Source: the human T2T-CHM13v2.0 reference genome, Homo sapiens
Length of the DNA stretch: 64,000 nt
Reading direction: 5' to 3' (one strand)
NCBI RefSeq assembly: GCF_009914755.1
Contig: NC_060925.1
Positions 1 through 13,864 of this stretch are shown here, one piece after another. Position 1 is the stretch's first letter. Every line of letters starts with the position of its first letter. The translations under genes and the position numbers were made by a program. The notes under the pieces are model-generated. The model was given only the letters and a program-made list of their open reading frames with translations, had not been told where the DNA came from and did no database searches.

Positions 1-82
1 TCAGGGACTTGAGCATCTGTGGATTTTGATATTCCTGGGGATCCTGGAACCAGTACCCCACAGATACCGAGGGAAGACTGTA
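1..82. mobile_element. MER2-like (TcMar-Tigger) terminal fragment
   Basis: agggacttgagcatc..ggatttt..cctggaacca..ataccgaggga.gactgta end with TA. Confidence 0.75.
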
Positions 83-679
83 TGGGGTGTGTGTGTGTGT
101 GTGTATGTGGTCTCCAGTTGGCTAGAGAGGACATCAGGATATAAAAGATATCAAAGATACACATGACTGTATATGTAACAGCAGGTATGATATTTTTAGA
201 GTGCCTCTGGAGTATCTTGATTAATGTTCCCCCGTGGGTAAGCCAGCTTCTCTCTCCCCGCCTGAGTATAATCTCTCCCAATAAGCAACTGCTTCTTTGC
301 TGATAAGGAACAATTCCCTGGCCTTTCCATATTCAGGACAAAAGAGGACCTTCAGTGCCTCCGGGAATCGTAGGCAGGGGCTTCTGCTGACACCCCAGGC
401 TCTGTGGTCCCTACTCTCCCTCAAACAAACAACATAGAACCAAAGGAAATAATGTCAGGCAGAAGCCCACACACACAGTTAGAACATGAGTCCCTATGCT
501 GGGGCCCTGCTCTGACCTAATCCATTCACCCCGTTACCACCTGCCTGCGCTGAGTCAGATTTAAAGCACTCGTTCTCTGCACCTTCTTTGAACCTACAAA
601 TGTACCTCAGCCTAATGGATCTTGCACATCTGGAAGTTGCCCACAATAAATCCTGCTAATGTAGAATTAAAGTAGGTTA

Positions 680-992
<313 letters not shown>

Positions 993-1144
993 AGTAGATT
1001 AACAAGATGGCTTTTGGACAGGGTAAGTTCCTAGAAAATGCAGATGAGAAAAAAATGTACTATAGGCTCAGCCCTTCACCCTCCAAGAGTTGAAATCACA
1101 TAAGCCACACCCTCATCAGTGTATTGCACAAGGAGAGTGCCTTC

Positions 1145-1482
1145 TGTTACAATCATTTTAATCGGGAAGCCATCAGGCTGGGGAAGCTACACCACTGTAA
1201 GTTTTTACCTAAGCAAGCCAAAGCCCAATGCAAACAGTAAAATGAAACTAGAAACTTTACTGATCAGAAACCACAAACTAACCTCTAAAACCAGTCTTTC
1301 CACTGTAATCAATCAAATGTGTTGTATTTGTCTTACTTCCATATTCAGCCTCTAAAAGCCCACGCTGCTGCAGTGGAGCTCTCTGAACCTCTTCTGGTTT
1401 TGAGGGCTGCCCAAATCATGAATCCTTCTTTGCTCAAATAAACTTTGTCACATTTATTTTGTCTAAAGTTTTTCCTTTAACA
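1145..1482 (+). mobile_element. ERV1 solo LTR, MER93-like
   Basis: TG...CA ends; ggagctctctgaacctcttctgg...ctttgctcaaataaact...tttaaca 3' end. Confidence 0.7.
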
Positions 1483-2422
1483 TTTCCTGTATTTGAATCT
1501 GCCTGTGCTTTGCACAAGACAAAGTGGCTATTTAATGCCCATTTGCCAGACAAGTAAAGCTGAGGCCCTGAGTTCAAGTGACCCCCCAAGGCCAGGCAGT
1601 GTCAGAGCCAGGACTAGTTCTAGCAAGATGATGAGTTTTCTGCCTTCCTAAATCTTGCAGTGCCATGTGGAAGCTGAAGTAAATACATTCACATCATTTG
1701 AAATACATGCCTTAGATCTCTGTACAAAGGTAGCAAGAAATTTCAGGAAGAGTCCCTCCTCCTGTCAACCTACACATAGCTTCTCATCAGCCCCTTTTCA
1801 TCCTCACTTTCCAATTGCCACAAACCACCCTCTCTCCCCACCCCTTGCTAGCATTTTTTCACCCTCTGACCTACCTCATAAGATAGCATCTCCTTACATT
1901 GCAATAACATAAAACAGCCTGACTTCTTAAGAGTTCTTATAAAGATAAAAATGAGATAAGATACGCAAGGTGCCTAGCTTAGTGCCTGCCACATAGAAAG
2001 CCCTCAATAAACCTCCTTATTATTCACTGTTATCCCCCAACATACAATTAACCCAAACACCAGGGAACCCAAACAAGTGAATCAACAAATGTTTATTGAG
2101 CGTCTACTGCCTATAGGAAAACAAAAACTGAAATGATACCAGGAAGTTGCTGGTGTCCTTCCCTATCCACCCCTCTGTTTGGTATAGGACTCAGGACTGC
2201 TATCTCACTCCCACCACCTGCCTTCTTGTCCAGGTTTCCCATCTCAGGCATCAGAACCACTAGTTTGTCAGTTGCTGAAGCCCAGAAGCCATTCTGATTC
2301 CTTTTCCTCACTCCATTCATATCGAATTGCTTCCCAAGTGCTTTTGATTTTATTCCTAAATAGCTCTCAAATCCCATCCTCCTCCCTAACATTGCTGCCA
2401 TCGCCTCCACTCCCAGTAAGAC

Positions 2423-3190
2423 TATAAAGGACCCTCTTTCTCCAAATAGTCATCATCCAGGAGCAGTAATTAGGAGGTTGCAAAAAGAAGCAAAATTGTC
2501 ATGATGTGGAAATATTCATGAGTTTTCACCCAACCATCCCTCCCCACCTAACACTAGAAACATTAAAACTACCAACCATGCCAACCTCACATGCAGATAC
2601 AATGCAAGGTGGTTGCAAAGTAACACTGAACATTTTGCTCAATTCGATGGATTTCATGAAGTTGATGAAAGTAATACTGGAGATCTGCTTCAGTACCACT
2701 GACCAAGAAGAAGTTGGCAGAGCTAAAGCATTTGCAGCTGAGGAAGGAAAACTGCTGAGGTTCAAGGCAGGACTGGTCCTTGAAAAGGGAATGGTTTGAG
2801 CGTCAAAGTATTGAAGGACGGCCTTGGAGAAACTAATGAACTCTTTGAAAGTTTTCATGATTCTTCCTCAAAACTCAAGCAGGAAGCAAAAAGTGTTGCT
2901 TCCTGCTGTCTTGTCATCTTTTCAGCATGAGTTCTCCCTCAAAAAGTCAACAACTGATTCATTCCTTGTTCAAAGAGCTAGCGCAAAACTGCAACTATTA
3001 CATAAGTATCATGAAATACAAAGTCACATGAAAACTTTTTCATAATTTTTTGTATTATCTTTCAAAGTAAGATACTGATCAAGCCTTTTTTTTAAAAAAA
3101 AAAAACTGTTTACTAAGAAATGTGGACCTCCATTTTACTTTCAGTGGTCCCTTTCCAATACCAGTTATCTGCAAATAATGAGGGTTTCCT
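2423..3190 (+). mobile_element. Ancient Tigger DNA transposon (Tigger13a-like) with transposase C-terminal remnant
   Basis: Broken frames read DGFHEVDESNTGDLL, ALEKLMNSL and KKSTTDSFL, resembling Tigger transposase C-termini. Degenerate TIR-like ends (gaccctc ... gagggtt). Confidence 0.6.
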
Positions 3191-5670
3191 ATCTTGCAAT
3201 TGTCTCTTCCTGGTGTCTGCACTCTCCACACTGCAGCAAATCTGGCTATAAGCAGCCCTGCTTTAAAATCTTACATGATTCCCCATTGCCCTTAGGAATA
3301 AAGTCCAGAATTCTTCACACAGTGCCAGAGCCCTGCGTGATCTGGCCACTGCCTCCCTCTCCACTCTCAGCCTTTGCACTAACTGTTCCCTGTTTGCACC
3401 AGTCCTACCACTACTTTGCAAGTCCCCGCCCCAGTGCTATGCACTTCCTAGCCGAAGGACCTTTATTCATCTCCTTCCTGCAGCCTGGAACCCTCTTCCC
3501 CGCCTTCTTTCCCACAAGAGGAAGGAGTGCCTATTTGTTCTCCGCTGTTTCCTGGCATGAAGAAGACATTTGATAAATATTTAAATGAGTAAATAGGCTG
3601 TGAAAGTTCTTCCTGATTCTGACAAATGAGTATGTCAGATAAGCCACGTGTTCCCTCACTCCTGTAAGCATCCACAACCAACGGTACTTCAATCCACCAC
3701 CATTCAACACCGTGGGCCCACCTCCTACTGTACTTGTAAATTAAGAACCTGGCACACCTTACTAGAACATCGTCCTCCTTTTAGAGTGGATGATGGCAAG
3801 CTACCAGTGTTCTACAAGCAAGATTATAGAGAACATCAATCCAGGGCATGACAGATACCCAGAAAACTCAAAAGGCCCCAGGTACTGTGTTCTCAGCAGA
3901 CGGTGGGGTATTGGGGTCACCCAAGAAAGAAAGTCACTAAGAGTTTCAAAGATTAGCCCCAAGTCTGGTATTTTTCTGAAACAAAGAGTTTCGAAGATTA
4001 GCCCCAAGCACTGGTGTTTTTTGAACAATGGTAACGTGACTCATTTATGGCAACTATAATTTTTATAGCCTCAAAATAACACTTTGGAGTCATGCTACAT
4101 ATAATAAGGCACACTAATCCACTTCTGCTGCCCCCCATAGGTTTCCCGGCACCTCCACTCCTGGTTCCCATGACGACCCAGAAGGGGCCTCTCAGACCTG
4201 ATAGCAGCGTAGAGGCAGCTCCTCAGGGAGGGGCAGCTATCACACATAACTACATTTGGCATTTGGCCGAGGACTATTCTGGGCCAGGGGGGTCTTCGGC
4301 TTCCAGGAGCTACAGAGCACCCCAGAGAGTTAATGTACTTCAAAACAGAGGAAAGAACAGGAAAGGCTGACGGGTCATCTTTGAATCAGAAGCCATTTTT
4401 GCCTTACCTTCTAAGTTTTCAGTGGAGAGGAAAAGGAAAAAGAAAAAGAAAAAAAAGCAAGCAAACTCTTCACAGCTGAAGAAACTTGTTCAGATTATTT
4501 CAGAGTTCCTCCTAGTTGCTTCTGAAGCCCACCAGGCCAATTCTCATCCATCTCGTTTCTGTGATTGTGGAAGGAATAAGACTCAATGGCATGAAACAGC
4601 TTCAGGACTTTCTGCCTCACCTCCAGCTTTAAATCAGACCTTTAATGCTACTTAGAGGGAAACATTTTTCTTAGTAAATTATAAAAGTGGAATTGATTCA
4701 CCAGAGGGAGAAAAACCCACTGAGTAAATATATTTGAGGCTTATGTAAACACATCTCAGAGCGTGTTTCAAGGGAAAGCGGCTTGCTTACTGAGTTTAAT
4801 TATAATGCTCTTTGGTTTCAAAAATAAGACAAAAATGCTAGAAGCCAGGTGTAATGGGGAAAGAAATGAAAAGATGAGCACTGAGATGCAATTGTTAGCT
4901 CCAGCCATGGCTGAAATACACGGGATGAGATACAAAAATGGCACATCACCGTTATTGCTAGGGACAGCCCTGACACACTGTCAAGTGTCCCCTCCGAAAA
5001 TGATCCTAAATGGCCCGGCAGTTCCAACTCCGGGCTAGGTATCCTGAGGTTTCCAAATATACATAGATCTTTAAAGTGCATCAAATATTCAACAGAGGAT
5101 AATGGCATCTCCTAGCAAGATGAGGGTGGTCTTCCAGGCTCAAATATACTGACATGAGGTGAACTGAACTCAAATGTTAAAATGCCAAGGAACCCAGTGG
5201 GGTGTTGTGAGCAGAAAACGAGATACTTTGAGGCTGGGAAAATATCCTGAGTACAATGCCCAAGAGCAAAAATATGTGAAAAGAGATAGAAAGGAAGCAA
5301 AACTCTTAAAGGGAGTAGTAGAGGGGACACTGGCCAGGCTTGTGGGCAGGGCAACTGCAGAGAAAGCCTTTCAATCAGAAGCCACTGAGTGCACAGAAGC
5401 CTGGAGCACATCTACAGAAGCACAGAGTTTCTCCAAACAGTTTGTCCAAAGTGAGGACAGCTAGCAGAAGCTCAACGCACATCACAGGTGAAAGCCGACT
5501 GGCATGCAGAAAGTCCCCAGGGTCCGCACCATAATTCAGGCCCGGTGGGGGCTTGATGTAGACTGAAGACGGTAAACCCGTCCTAACCTGCTTGCCGATC
5601 TAGTCTGTCCAGCGCGTACAGTACTGGCCAGCATAATGATTTCTAGAAAATCTAGACTTCTGATTTCCTT

Positions 5671-6119
5671 TTAAAAAAAATTTTTTTAATACAAACAATC
5701 CCACAGTACTTATTGTCATCTTGTAATAACATAAGGGTAATCAAAACAATATGAATAAATGTTCGTATTGGACAAAGGACACCTAAAAACAAACTATATC
5801 CTTCTCAACAATTTCTCACTTCATTGATCATTTCTAGTTGGAGACACTATGTACCCGAGTAATATTATCTCCTTTTAGCATGTTCCAACCCAGTTGTTTT
5901 AACTCTGTTTTAGAATAAATCTCTTCTGCATCAACTAATACAAGGTTCATATACTCATCAAAACCAATGATACAGCCTTCTATCCACATATTCTCTGCTT
6001 ATAGAGCCATACTTGAATCTGGGATCTATTTTGTAAGAATCTGTAGGTGAGGTTGATGGGCTCCATCATAGCTTTTTGCACTTTCTGGCCCTGACCACGG
6101 TATACCATGATGGAAATTC
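5671..6119 (-). pseudogene. Processed pseudogene of SNRPE (Sm-E), probably the annotated SNRPEP10
   Basis: Minus strand 6108->5834 reads [37 protein letters not shown]-(1-nt frameshift)[52 protein letters not shown]. Intronless, with 3'UTR and degenerate A-tail. TSD ctaga(c/t)ttctgatttc at ~5652 and ~6120. Confidence 0.93.
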
Positions 6120-6611
6120 CTAGATTTCTGATTTCTTATAAAAACTGCAAAATCTGGCCAAAATTTCTCTCTCTACTTATTCTACAGATATTTACTGAGC
6201 ATTCATTCTGTGCCAAGTATTCCAGACCCTAAGGATACAACAGTGGGGAAAAACAGAGTCCTCGATGTTATGGAGTATACATGCTAGTGAGAAAGACAAA
6301 CAATAAATAAACGCATGTGACAGGTGGTGGTAAATCCTGTAAAGAAACCAGAGCAGGGTGAGGGGAGTGAGAGTTTCTAGGGGAGCGCTAGGAAACGCAA
6401 GGCAGTCTGGGAAGGTCTCCCGGCTCCTGCATGGCAACATCCAGCTCGAGCTAGGTGATGGCTTCCTCCTCACACAGGGCAGGTTCTCTGGTTTGCCACA
6501 GTCCCTGCTACTCTCTCTTGTTACCTCCTCCTGGCCTACTTTACTCATTTATGTGGCCTCTGTAGGCATCAGAGTTGTGGCCCCCAGAGTTAATCCTTCC
6601 CTAGATCCCTC

Positions 6612-7158
6612 TGTATTAGTCAGGGTTCTCTAGAGGGACAGGACTAATAGAGATGTATATATGAAAGGGAGTTTATTAAGGAGTATTGATTCACATGGTC
6701 ACAAGGTAAAATTCCACAATAAGCCGTCTGCAAGCTGAGGAGCAAGGAAGCCAGTCCGAGTCCCAAAACCCCAAAAGCAGGGAAGCCAACAGCGCAGCCT
6801 TCAGTCTGTGGCCAAAGGCCCGAGAGACCCTGGCAAACCACGGGTGTAAGTCCAAGAGTCCAAAAGCTGAAGAACTTGGTGTCTGATGTTCAAGGGCAGG
6901 AAGCATCCAGCGCAGAAGAAAGATGAAGGCCGGAAGACTCGGCAAGTCTAGTCCTTCCATATTCCTCAGCCTGCTTTTATCCTGGCCACGCTGGCAGCTG
7001 ATTAGATGGTGCCCACCCAGATTGAGGGTGGGTCTGCCTCTCCCAGCCCACTGACTCAAATGTTAATCTCCTTTGGCAACACCCACACAGACACACCCAG
7101 GAACAGTACTTTGTATCCTTCAATCCAATCAAGTTGACACTCGGTATTAACCATCAGG
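6612..7158 (-). mobile_element. MLT2A (HERV-L) solo LTR
   Basis: tgtattagtcagggttctctagagggacag...caatccaatcaagttgacactc..tattaaccatca; 5-bp TSD ccctc. Confidence 0.9.
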
Positions 7159-8928
7159 CCCTCCAACTCTGGATACCCAAGATCCAGCAGAGAAAGGAGA
7201 CACTGCTCCCAAGCAGACACGCAAAACAAGTCAGAGCAAATGGGATTTGAGGAAATACGAGCCTAAGCCAAGTCTGAAGGGGGTGGGGGGACCACTCCAG
7301 GCATTGCCCTGTTAAATGATGGAGAAACAGTTTTTGAGTCCTGAACACATGTACAGAAGGGGCTCCAGATGCAACTGGGAAAGGATCCCCAGATCTCTCT
7401 CCCACTATAGGGCACAAGGCTGGGGGCCACAGGTGGCAGAGCATCAGGGACCAAGGTTGAGCAAGAATGCAGACCAAAGTAACAAGGTACTGGGTCATGA
7501 AGCCTGGGAACACATCCCAGGGCTGCTTAGCTACCCTATGGGACCCCTGAGGGAGGCACAAAGAGTCCTCCTGGAGCAGAAGGGAGAGGGTAAACTGAAG
7601 TGCAAAGTAAAGGGAGAGGGTAAACCAAAGTGCTCCACTTTCTAGGAGCAGGTTTGGGGCAAGGTATGGAGTGGCTTCATTCCATTCCCTAAGCCAGCAA
7701 GAAATGCCACCTGTAACTTTACGAGGTGACTATGGGGGAGCACTGTGGGGAAAATAGACTGCACTCTGTACAGGGAAGATCCAATCCACTTCTGCCAGCT
7801 GGTGAGGGATTGCCCAGCCAGAAATCAGCAAGAACAGCTGAGACAACAAGAGGGCGGGGACACAGCAACCACAGGGCCAAGAGAAAGCACTAGAGAAAGA
7901 ACAGTGTCTGCAAAGGACTTGTTAGATGGGACTTGTTTCCATTCCTCAGGTTCATGGCCTCTTAGAAGAAGGGTATCACCTGTCCTTTCTCTCGTGAGTA
8001 GGTGGTGTGGATTTGCTTCCAGAAGGACCAGCCTTTTCTGGGATCATCCTGCTCTATTCCTTGGATGGCGGGAGCCAGCCTACTGAAGAACTGAGGGTGT
8101 ACATCTCCCAGCCAGTCCCAGATGCTGATGCCAGGGCTTCCAGTAAATGCCCAGAGCTGCCCTGAAGGTGACAGAGGCCTTAACACAGCCTGTAACCTCA
8201 CCCTTCCTGCTTCTGCGCCAGCCTGCCTCCACCTTTTTCTCTTCAACCACATCCCCAAGAGAGCATGCATAGGCTCCCTTGAGCCTTGGGGACTGGGACA
8301 TTGCATTACTGATGCTTGAGCAACCGCGTTGTCTTCAGATCTCTTTTAGTTATGCCCTTTAAGAACCATCCACATGTGCTGGAACTAATGGCTGAGGCGG
8401 GACAGCAGGGTACCCCTCGTAAGTCAGAGAGAGCTGAAGAAGCCCAAGACTCACAGCCAGTCTGTGATAGAGAAATTGTCCTTAGGCCCTGGGACGATGT
8501 CTGCAAAACTGAAGCCACAGGCAGAGAACAGAGCTGGTAGGTGTGAAGTCAAGTCCTAACACTGGGGTCTGTGAAAGGTGTTAAAATAATTATCGCCTAG
8601 AACGCAGAACAGATTCATTTTAACAAGCAACACTCTAAATAGGAATCAGCAACACTCTAGGACTTGATCTTCAGACCCAAACCTCAGGCAGCTCAGCCAA
8701 GCGGGAGCTCAGAGAGCACCCCCTGGCCTGGGACCACCTGCCACCTCTCATAAGGTTCAGGGGGTGTCTTCCTGGGGACTCAGGCTCACTGGCAATTTTG
8801 CACTTTTCTTACAAAGTGAGGAATAGTCAGGTCACCTCTGAGTAGGTGACACTGGAGAACACTGACAAAATTATCTTCTGGCAAAAAGAAGTCTCCCCTG
8901 GTGGAAGGAGCCCAGCATTCCTGTAAGG

Positions 8929-9730
8929 CAGGATTCTTAACCTTTCCTGTGCATTGTGATAGAAAAGTAGAATCTTGGGACCCCAAACTCATTATGCTAA
9001 AGGAAAAGTTAAGCTTGGGAATTGAGTCGCCCAAAAACTACCTTTCTTTTGTTCCCAGATAGTTGTAATTTCACAGGCTTGCTTTATCCTATGTAAAATG
9101 CAGATTTACTAAGCACAAGAAAAATGCATAAATGATTTTTCCTGTACCCACTTCTTTTCACATGTAAAATGTAGATTCACTGAGCACTAATCAGAGCCTC
9201 ACAGGAATGTAACCACTTGCCTTATTGCCTACCCTCCTTTCTTTCTTCCCTCCTGCTTGCTCTTCCTCTTTAAATATTGAAGTTCCTAAAACCCTCTTTG
9301 GAAAAAGAACAGGTCACAGATTCCACTGTGACTTGTGTTTCTTTTTCCCAGATGTGTCCTCAACCTTAGCAAAATAAAACCTCGAATTGATCGACACCTG
9401 CTGCAGTCATATTTTTGGTTTACAGGAAGGACCCCTTTGGCAAATGCTTCAGACAAAAAATAGGGCCATAAAAAAACAATTATACTGAAAGTTATCAAAA
9501 TATGTTTTTTAAAAATTATAATAATGCTGTGCTTTTCTATTAATGTCATGAACAAAAGATTTGGAGAGGGGCCTGATAGACAACATAATTATGAAATGGC
9601 AGTGAGCAGACGTGGGGTTTTGGATATTTGTAGCAACTGTCATGTGATATGAAAATCACCCCTGATTTCCATGACTGTACTTCATCTCCTGCAGTCATAC
9701 AGAAAGGAGCTAAGTTAGTGAGGGTTCATG
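8929..9730 (+). mobile_element. hAT-Charlie (Charlie4-like) element split by the MER4-group LTR
   Basis: caggattcttaacctttcctgtgcat [LTR] ggacccctttggca...aattatactgaaagttatcaaaata. Confidence 0.5.
8955..9424 (+). mobile_element. MER4-group ERV1 solo LTR
   Basis: tgtga...aatcttgggaccccaaactca...aagttaagcttgggaa start; AATAAA; ends tttggtttaca. Confidence 0.75.
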
Positions 9731-12700
9731 GAACTCTCCACGCAAAGCAGAATTCTTTCGTGCTCCTGAAATAATGCGCAATATGCAAATCCTCCTGTAA
9801 TCCACGGCCTCAAACTCTCATTAAAGTGGAAGGGGTTGTCCTGGGGACCCTTTGTTCAGAGTAGAAAGGAGAGTGGTGTTAGTGGAACAAAACCAGAGGG
9901 CGATGAGCACCAGGACCCAAGATTGAGGGAAACGATGCGCCGATGCGCCGCGGAGTAGAGGAGCCACCACGGGTAGCAAAGTGAACTTCCCCCGAATCAC
10001 GGTTAAGCCCCCTGGGCCACATGGAGCTGTCATCTGCAGTTTTTCCCACCTCGGAGGCCTGACCCTGTGCTCTCCATAATCAATGAGTAGATTTGGCCCT
10101 TTATGTTCCCTGAGGCTTCCCTGACTGCTCATTAAAAGGATCTGCTCAGTCCTAGTGAATTGATTTACTTTGCCACAGTCCTTGAAGGATGCTACAGATC
10201 AAAAGGTGTCCAGGAAAGTGATCTTAAAGATGCTGACACTACTCCCAGTTACTGACTAGTGGTGTGCATGCCAGGCCCCTGTTCCAGGAGCCCAGGCCTC
10301 GCTCCATGGGGGAGCGTGGACTCACAGAGGAAAATCAATGTGCAGGATGCAGAAGAGAAGGCAACTGGATTTAGGTTGTTGCTGTTGGTTCCTTGTTTGC
10401 CTTTAGAGACATATGAAAAGGTCCAGTCATTCTCTTTACAAAACAGAAATACAGAATATAAAACTCAATAAATGCAACAAAAATGAAAAAGACATCCATT
10501 TCATAGAGGTGAAGAGAAAAATCAGGTCAATAGAGAAAAGGGGGTTAGAAGAGAAAAGCACACACAGGCACAAACACACGGAGTATAAGACAGAGTGAAA
10601 AATAGATGGGGAAGGCAGGAGACAGAGAAAGAAACCCCAGCACTTATCAAACCCTTAAGGTAAAGCTCATCTCACTCATGAATCCTGCTCCCAATGGAAA
10701 ATAAGCCACCCACTAGATTCAAAGTTTGGATAAACCTAGTAGCATGTGTTATTCAAAAAGCACTCTAATTTCTTTCCACATTCTGGAAGTCTCTGGTCCT
10801 CATTTAGGAAAGAAGAAAGTATCTTGCTCCCCATTCCTGAAAGCAGCAAGCATCAAATTTCATTTTTCAGAGACCAAGGTCTACTTTTATACAGTAGCAT
10901 CGCTCATGTGGCCTCTGGGACTATTTACACATAGAGACGATTCAAGTCCTGTTGCATTTTCACAACCATAGGCACAAATGATACCACACCTTAGTGTTTC
11001 CTGCCTGTGGATGCACTCAGGTAAGAACTGGATGGAGCTTGCATGGCAGGTAGAGTTAGCAGTTACTGCTGAGCCTGTGAGAAACAGGCTTACTCTGAGA
11101 GTCCTGCTGGGGTCCCCAGGATGCAGTGAGCACTGTGTTCCTTTTTCCACAGCCACCAGCAGGGGCTAGGGACAGTCTCCTTCATGACCTGCTTCCAGGA
11201 CATCCTTCCACTGTTAAGGATCAGTCAGCACCTCCAACCCCCTTAATGTACCCACCCAGCAGTGTCAGCAAGCTGGGGACAGACATGCAGACAAGCTGGT
11301 TTGCATGAAATTCTGAAATCTTTTGAAAATAGAGACACATAGGCAACCTCAGGATGGAATTTTTATTCTAAATGCCTGATCCATCTTAATTGCCAAAAGT
11401 GATACTGGCAAAGGAAAATGAAAAATACAAAAAGGCTTGGATTTAGGCTATCTGTGTTTTCAAATGATTTAATAACGATGATAGGCAGGGATTTACACCA
11501 ACAGATCAAAAGTGCAACAAACATTTATGGAGCCCTGCTAGGTACCAGGCACCGTGGATATATTGATGTGTAAGACAGTCTCATGGAGCACACAGTCAGG
11601 ACTCCCAGAGTTATTACCATCCCCCTCCACCCACGGTAGCCCCCACTTCCTAGAGGACAAGGAACCAAGTGTCAACTCTCTATCCATCACAACCACCTGA
11701 CCAGCTGGCTTTGATTATATCCCCACTTTACAGCTGTGAAAACTGAGGTGGAGAGGCCAGAGGTGCACCAAGAAGACTACCCGTGCATGCTGAATTAGGC
11801 ACTGCTAGTGGTAGATCAAGAGAGAGAGAGGAGGGGCCCTTGGCAAAGGCATTTCCAGGAGCATTGCAGAGTGATAGATTTAGGAGAGGGGGAAAGATGC
11901 CAGGGTCATGGGGCTCAGAGGGCAGAGGTGGCCTTGGAGAGGGAGAGTGCAGGCTGGGCCAGACCTGGGATCCCCCTCCATTTACATGTTGGGGTGTACC
12001 TGCCTTATTCTTTCTGCCCAGAGCCATGGCCATGCCCCCTTCTTTTGGATAGTTCTCCCTGTGGTTTTAGAGGAGGTTCCCAGTCACAAGAGGCTCCCAG
12101 CAGCTAGAGTGGGGCCCTGACCCAGGCTGGGCCCACGGCTGTGGCTGCAGTAACTGGCTCAAGGAGTGGGAGAAGACCCAAACCATAACATCACAGTCCT
12201 TTTCTGAGATCTGTAAAACCAAAGCTGGTTTACAATTATACTGAGGGAAAGTCTGGAATCATTAGTCGTCCTGTTTCCTGCCAGATGGATCCTGTCTGCC
12301 ATGGAAGAGAATGAAGCCAACCTGTAGATACCAACAGAGAAGAGAGATGGGCAGAGAGTGTGCCAGGAACATTTAGATCCCTGGAACCAGGCTCCGAAGC
12401 CAACAATGCCGTTCCCCTTCCATGATCTAGTTGGATGAGCCAATAAATAATCCTTTTCCTTAAGCTATTAATAGTTGGGTTGGACTTTGAAAGCCAGTGA
12501 CCAAAGGAGTTCTGGTTGATATATGGGTATGACTTACTATAAGGGGGTGCACAAAGCCAGAAATGGATGCTATATTCATTGGACAAAGTCTATTTCAGTG
12601 GCCACAGAGACCTCAAGATGCTCTGAGACGTGCATAGGCCAAAATGCAAGGGAGAGAGACTGTGCTGGAATGAGCAGTGGAGGGACTGGCTGGGTCGCTG

Positions 12701-13864
12701 AAGTTTCCTGAGTGATGTGCACCCTTGAGAGTCCACTGGAAAAAGCACACACAGACATGACCCACAGGGGACTGCACATTATAACTTATTCCATCACCAC
12801 ATGGGGCGACCCTGAGACTCCTTCCACTCCAGTAGGACACTGAGTGTGGGTGGCCCTTGCTAGGCCTGGTGAGAACAGGCTCCACTGAGAAGACGGAGCA
12901 AGGAAAGGCTGGGATTGCCAGGAACAGCAACTTTGAAGAACTCTCTTTCTCAGTGTGCCAGGAGGCCTGAGCATTGTGGGAGGGCTTTCGTTTGAGGGCT
13001 GTTTCAACAAAGGATTTACTCATTTAATTACTTAAATGGAGGTAAAATCATACTGTCCTCCTTCAGGGACTGAGCTGCCCAAAGAAAAGTCATATTCTAC
13101 AGGAAAAATTACTTGAAACAATTGGATCCTTGGCATTCAGCTTCCTCAATCTTTATTTTCCTAAAATATGTCTTCAAGAAAAGCCAGCTCCTGGGCTCTA
13201 AGTAAGCATAAGCTCTGATGGTAGCCAAGAGACTCATACATTTAGGATGAAAATCTGGCTTAGCAAGGACAGTAGGGAGGAAGGGACAACACACAGCCCA
13301 CCCTGACAGAAGCAGCCAGACTTTGGACCTGCTGGCAAATAGCCTAACACACCCAATATGAAGTGCGAACAAGGAGATCCACTGCCATGTGTTTTATAAG
13401 AGTGCAAGAGAAAATAACTCAAATGTCCATCCTTTGGAGGCAGGATAAATCCGACAGAGTGTAACACTTGGAATGGTTCACAGAGAACGAAGTTCTTTAT
13501 AGACTGTTATGGAAAGATCCCCCAAATACTTTATTAAGTGAAATGACACCAAATAATGGCAAGGTGCCAAACAGTGTTGATAGTGTGCTGCCTTCAATAC
13601 AAGAAGGGATATTTAGAATATGTACTTAGATTTGCTTGAATTTGCACAAAGAAACACGGAGGGAATTTTTCGCATGGCTGCAAGGCAGTGAGCAACGGAG
13701 TCAGTGGCGTCAACTGGAGACAGTGGGAAACAGACTTCACCGGGTGCCTTTCAGTTGCTTTAATTTTTATACTGTGTGTATTCAAAATAATGATGAAATA
13801 ATCACACAGAACTCTATGAAAAAGACATCATTTTCATTATACAAATCAACTGTTTTAAAAAAAT

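Noticed and set aside
2506-3045. ORFs of 73-110 aa on both strands
   Set aside because: Frame fragments and antisense shadow of a decayed Tigger transposase, not a gene.
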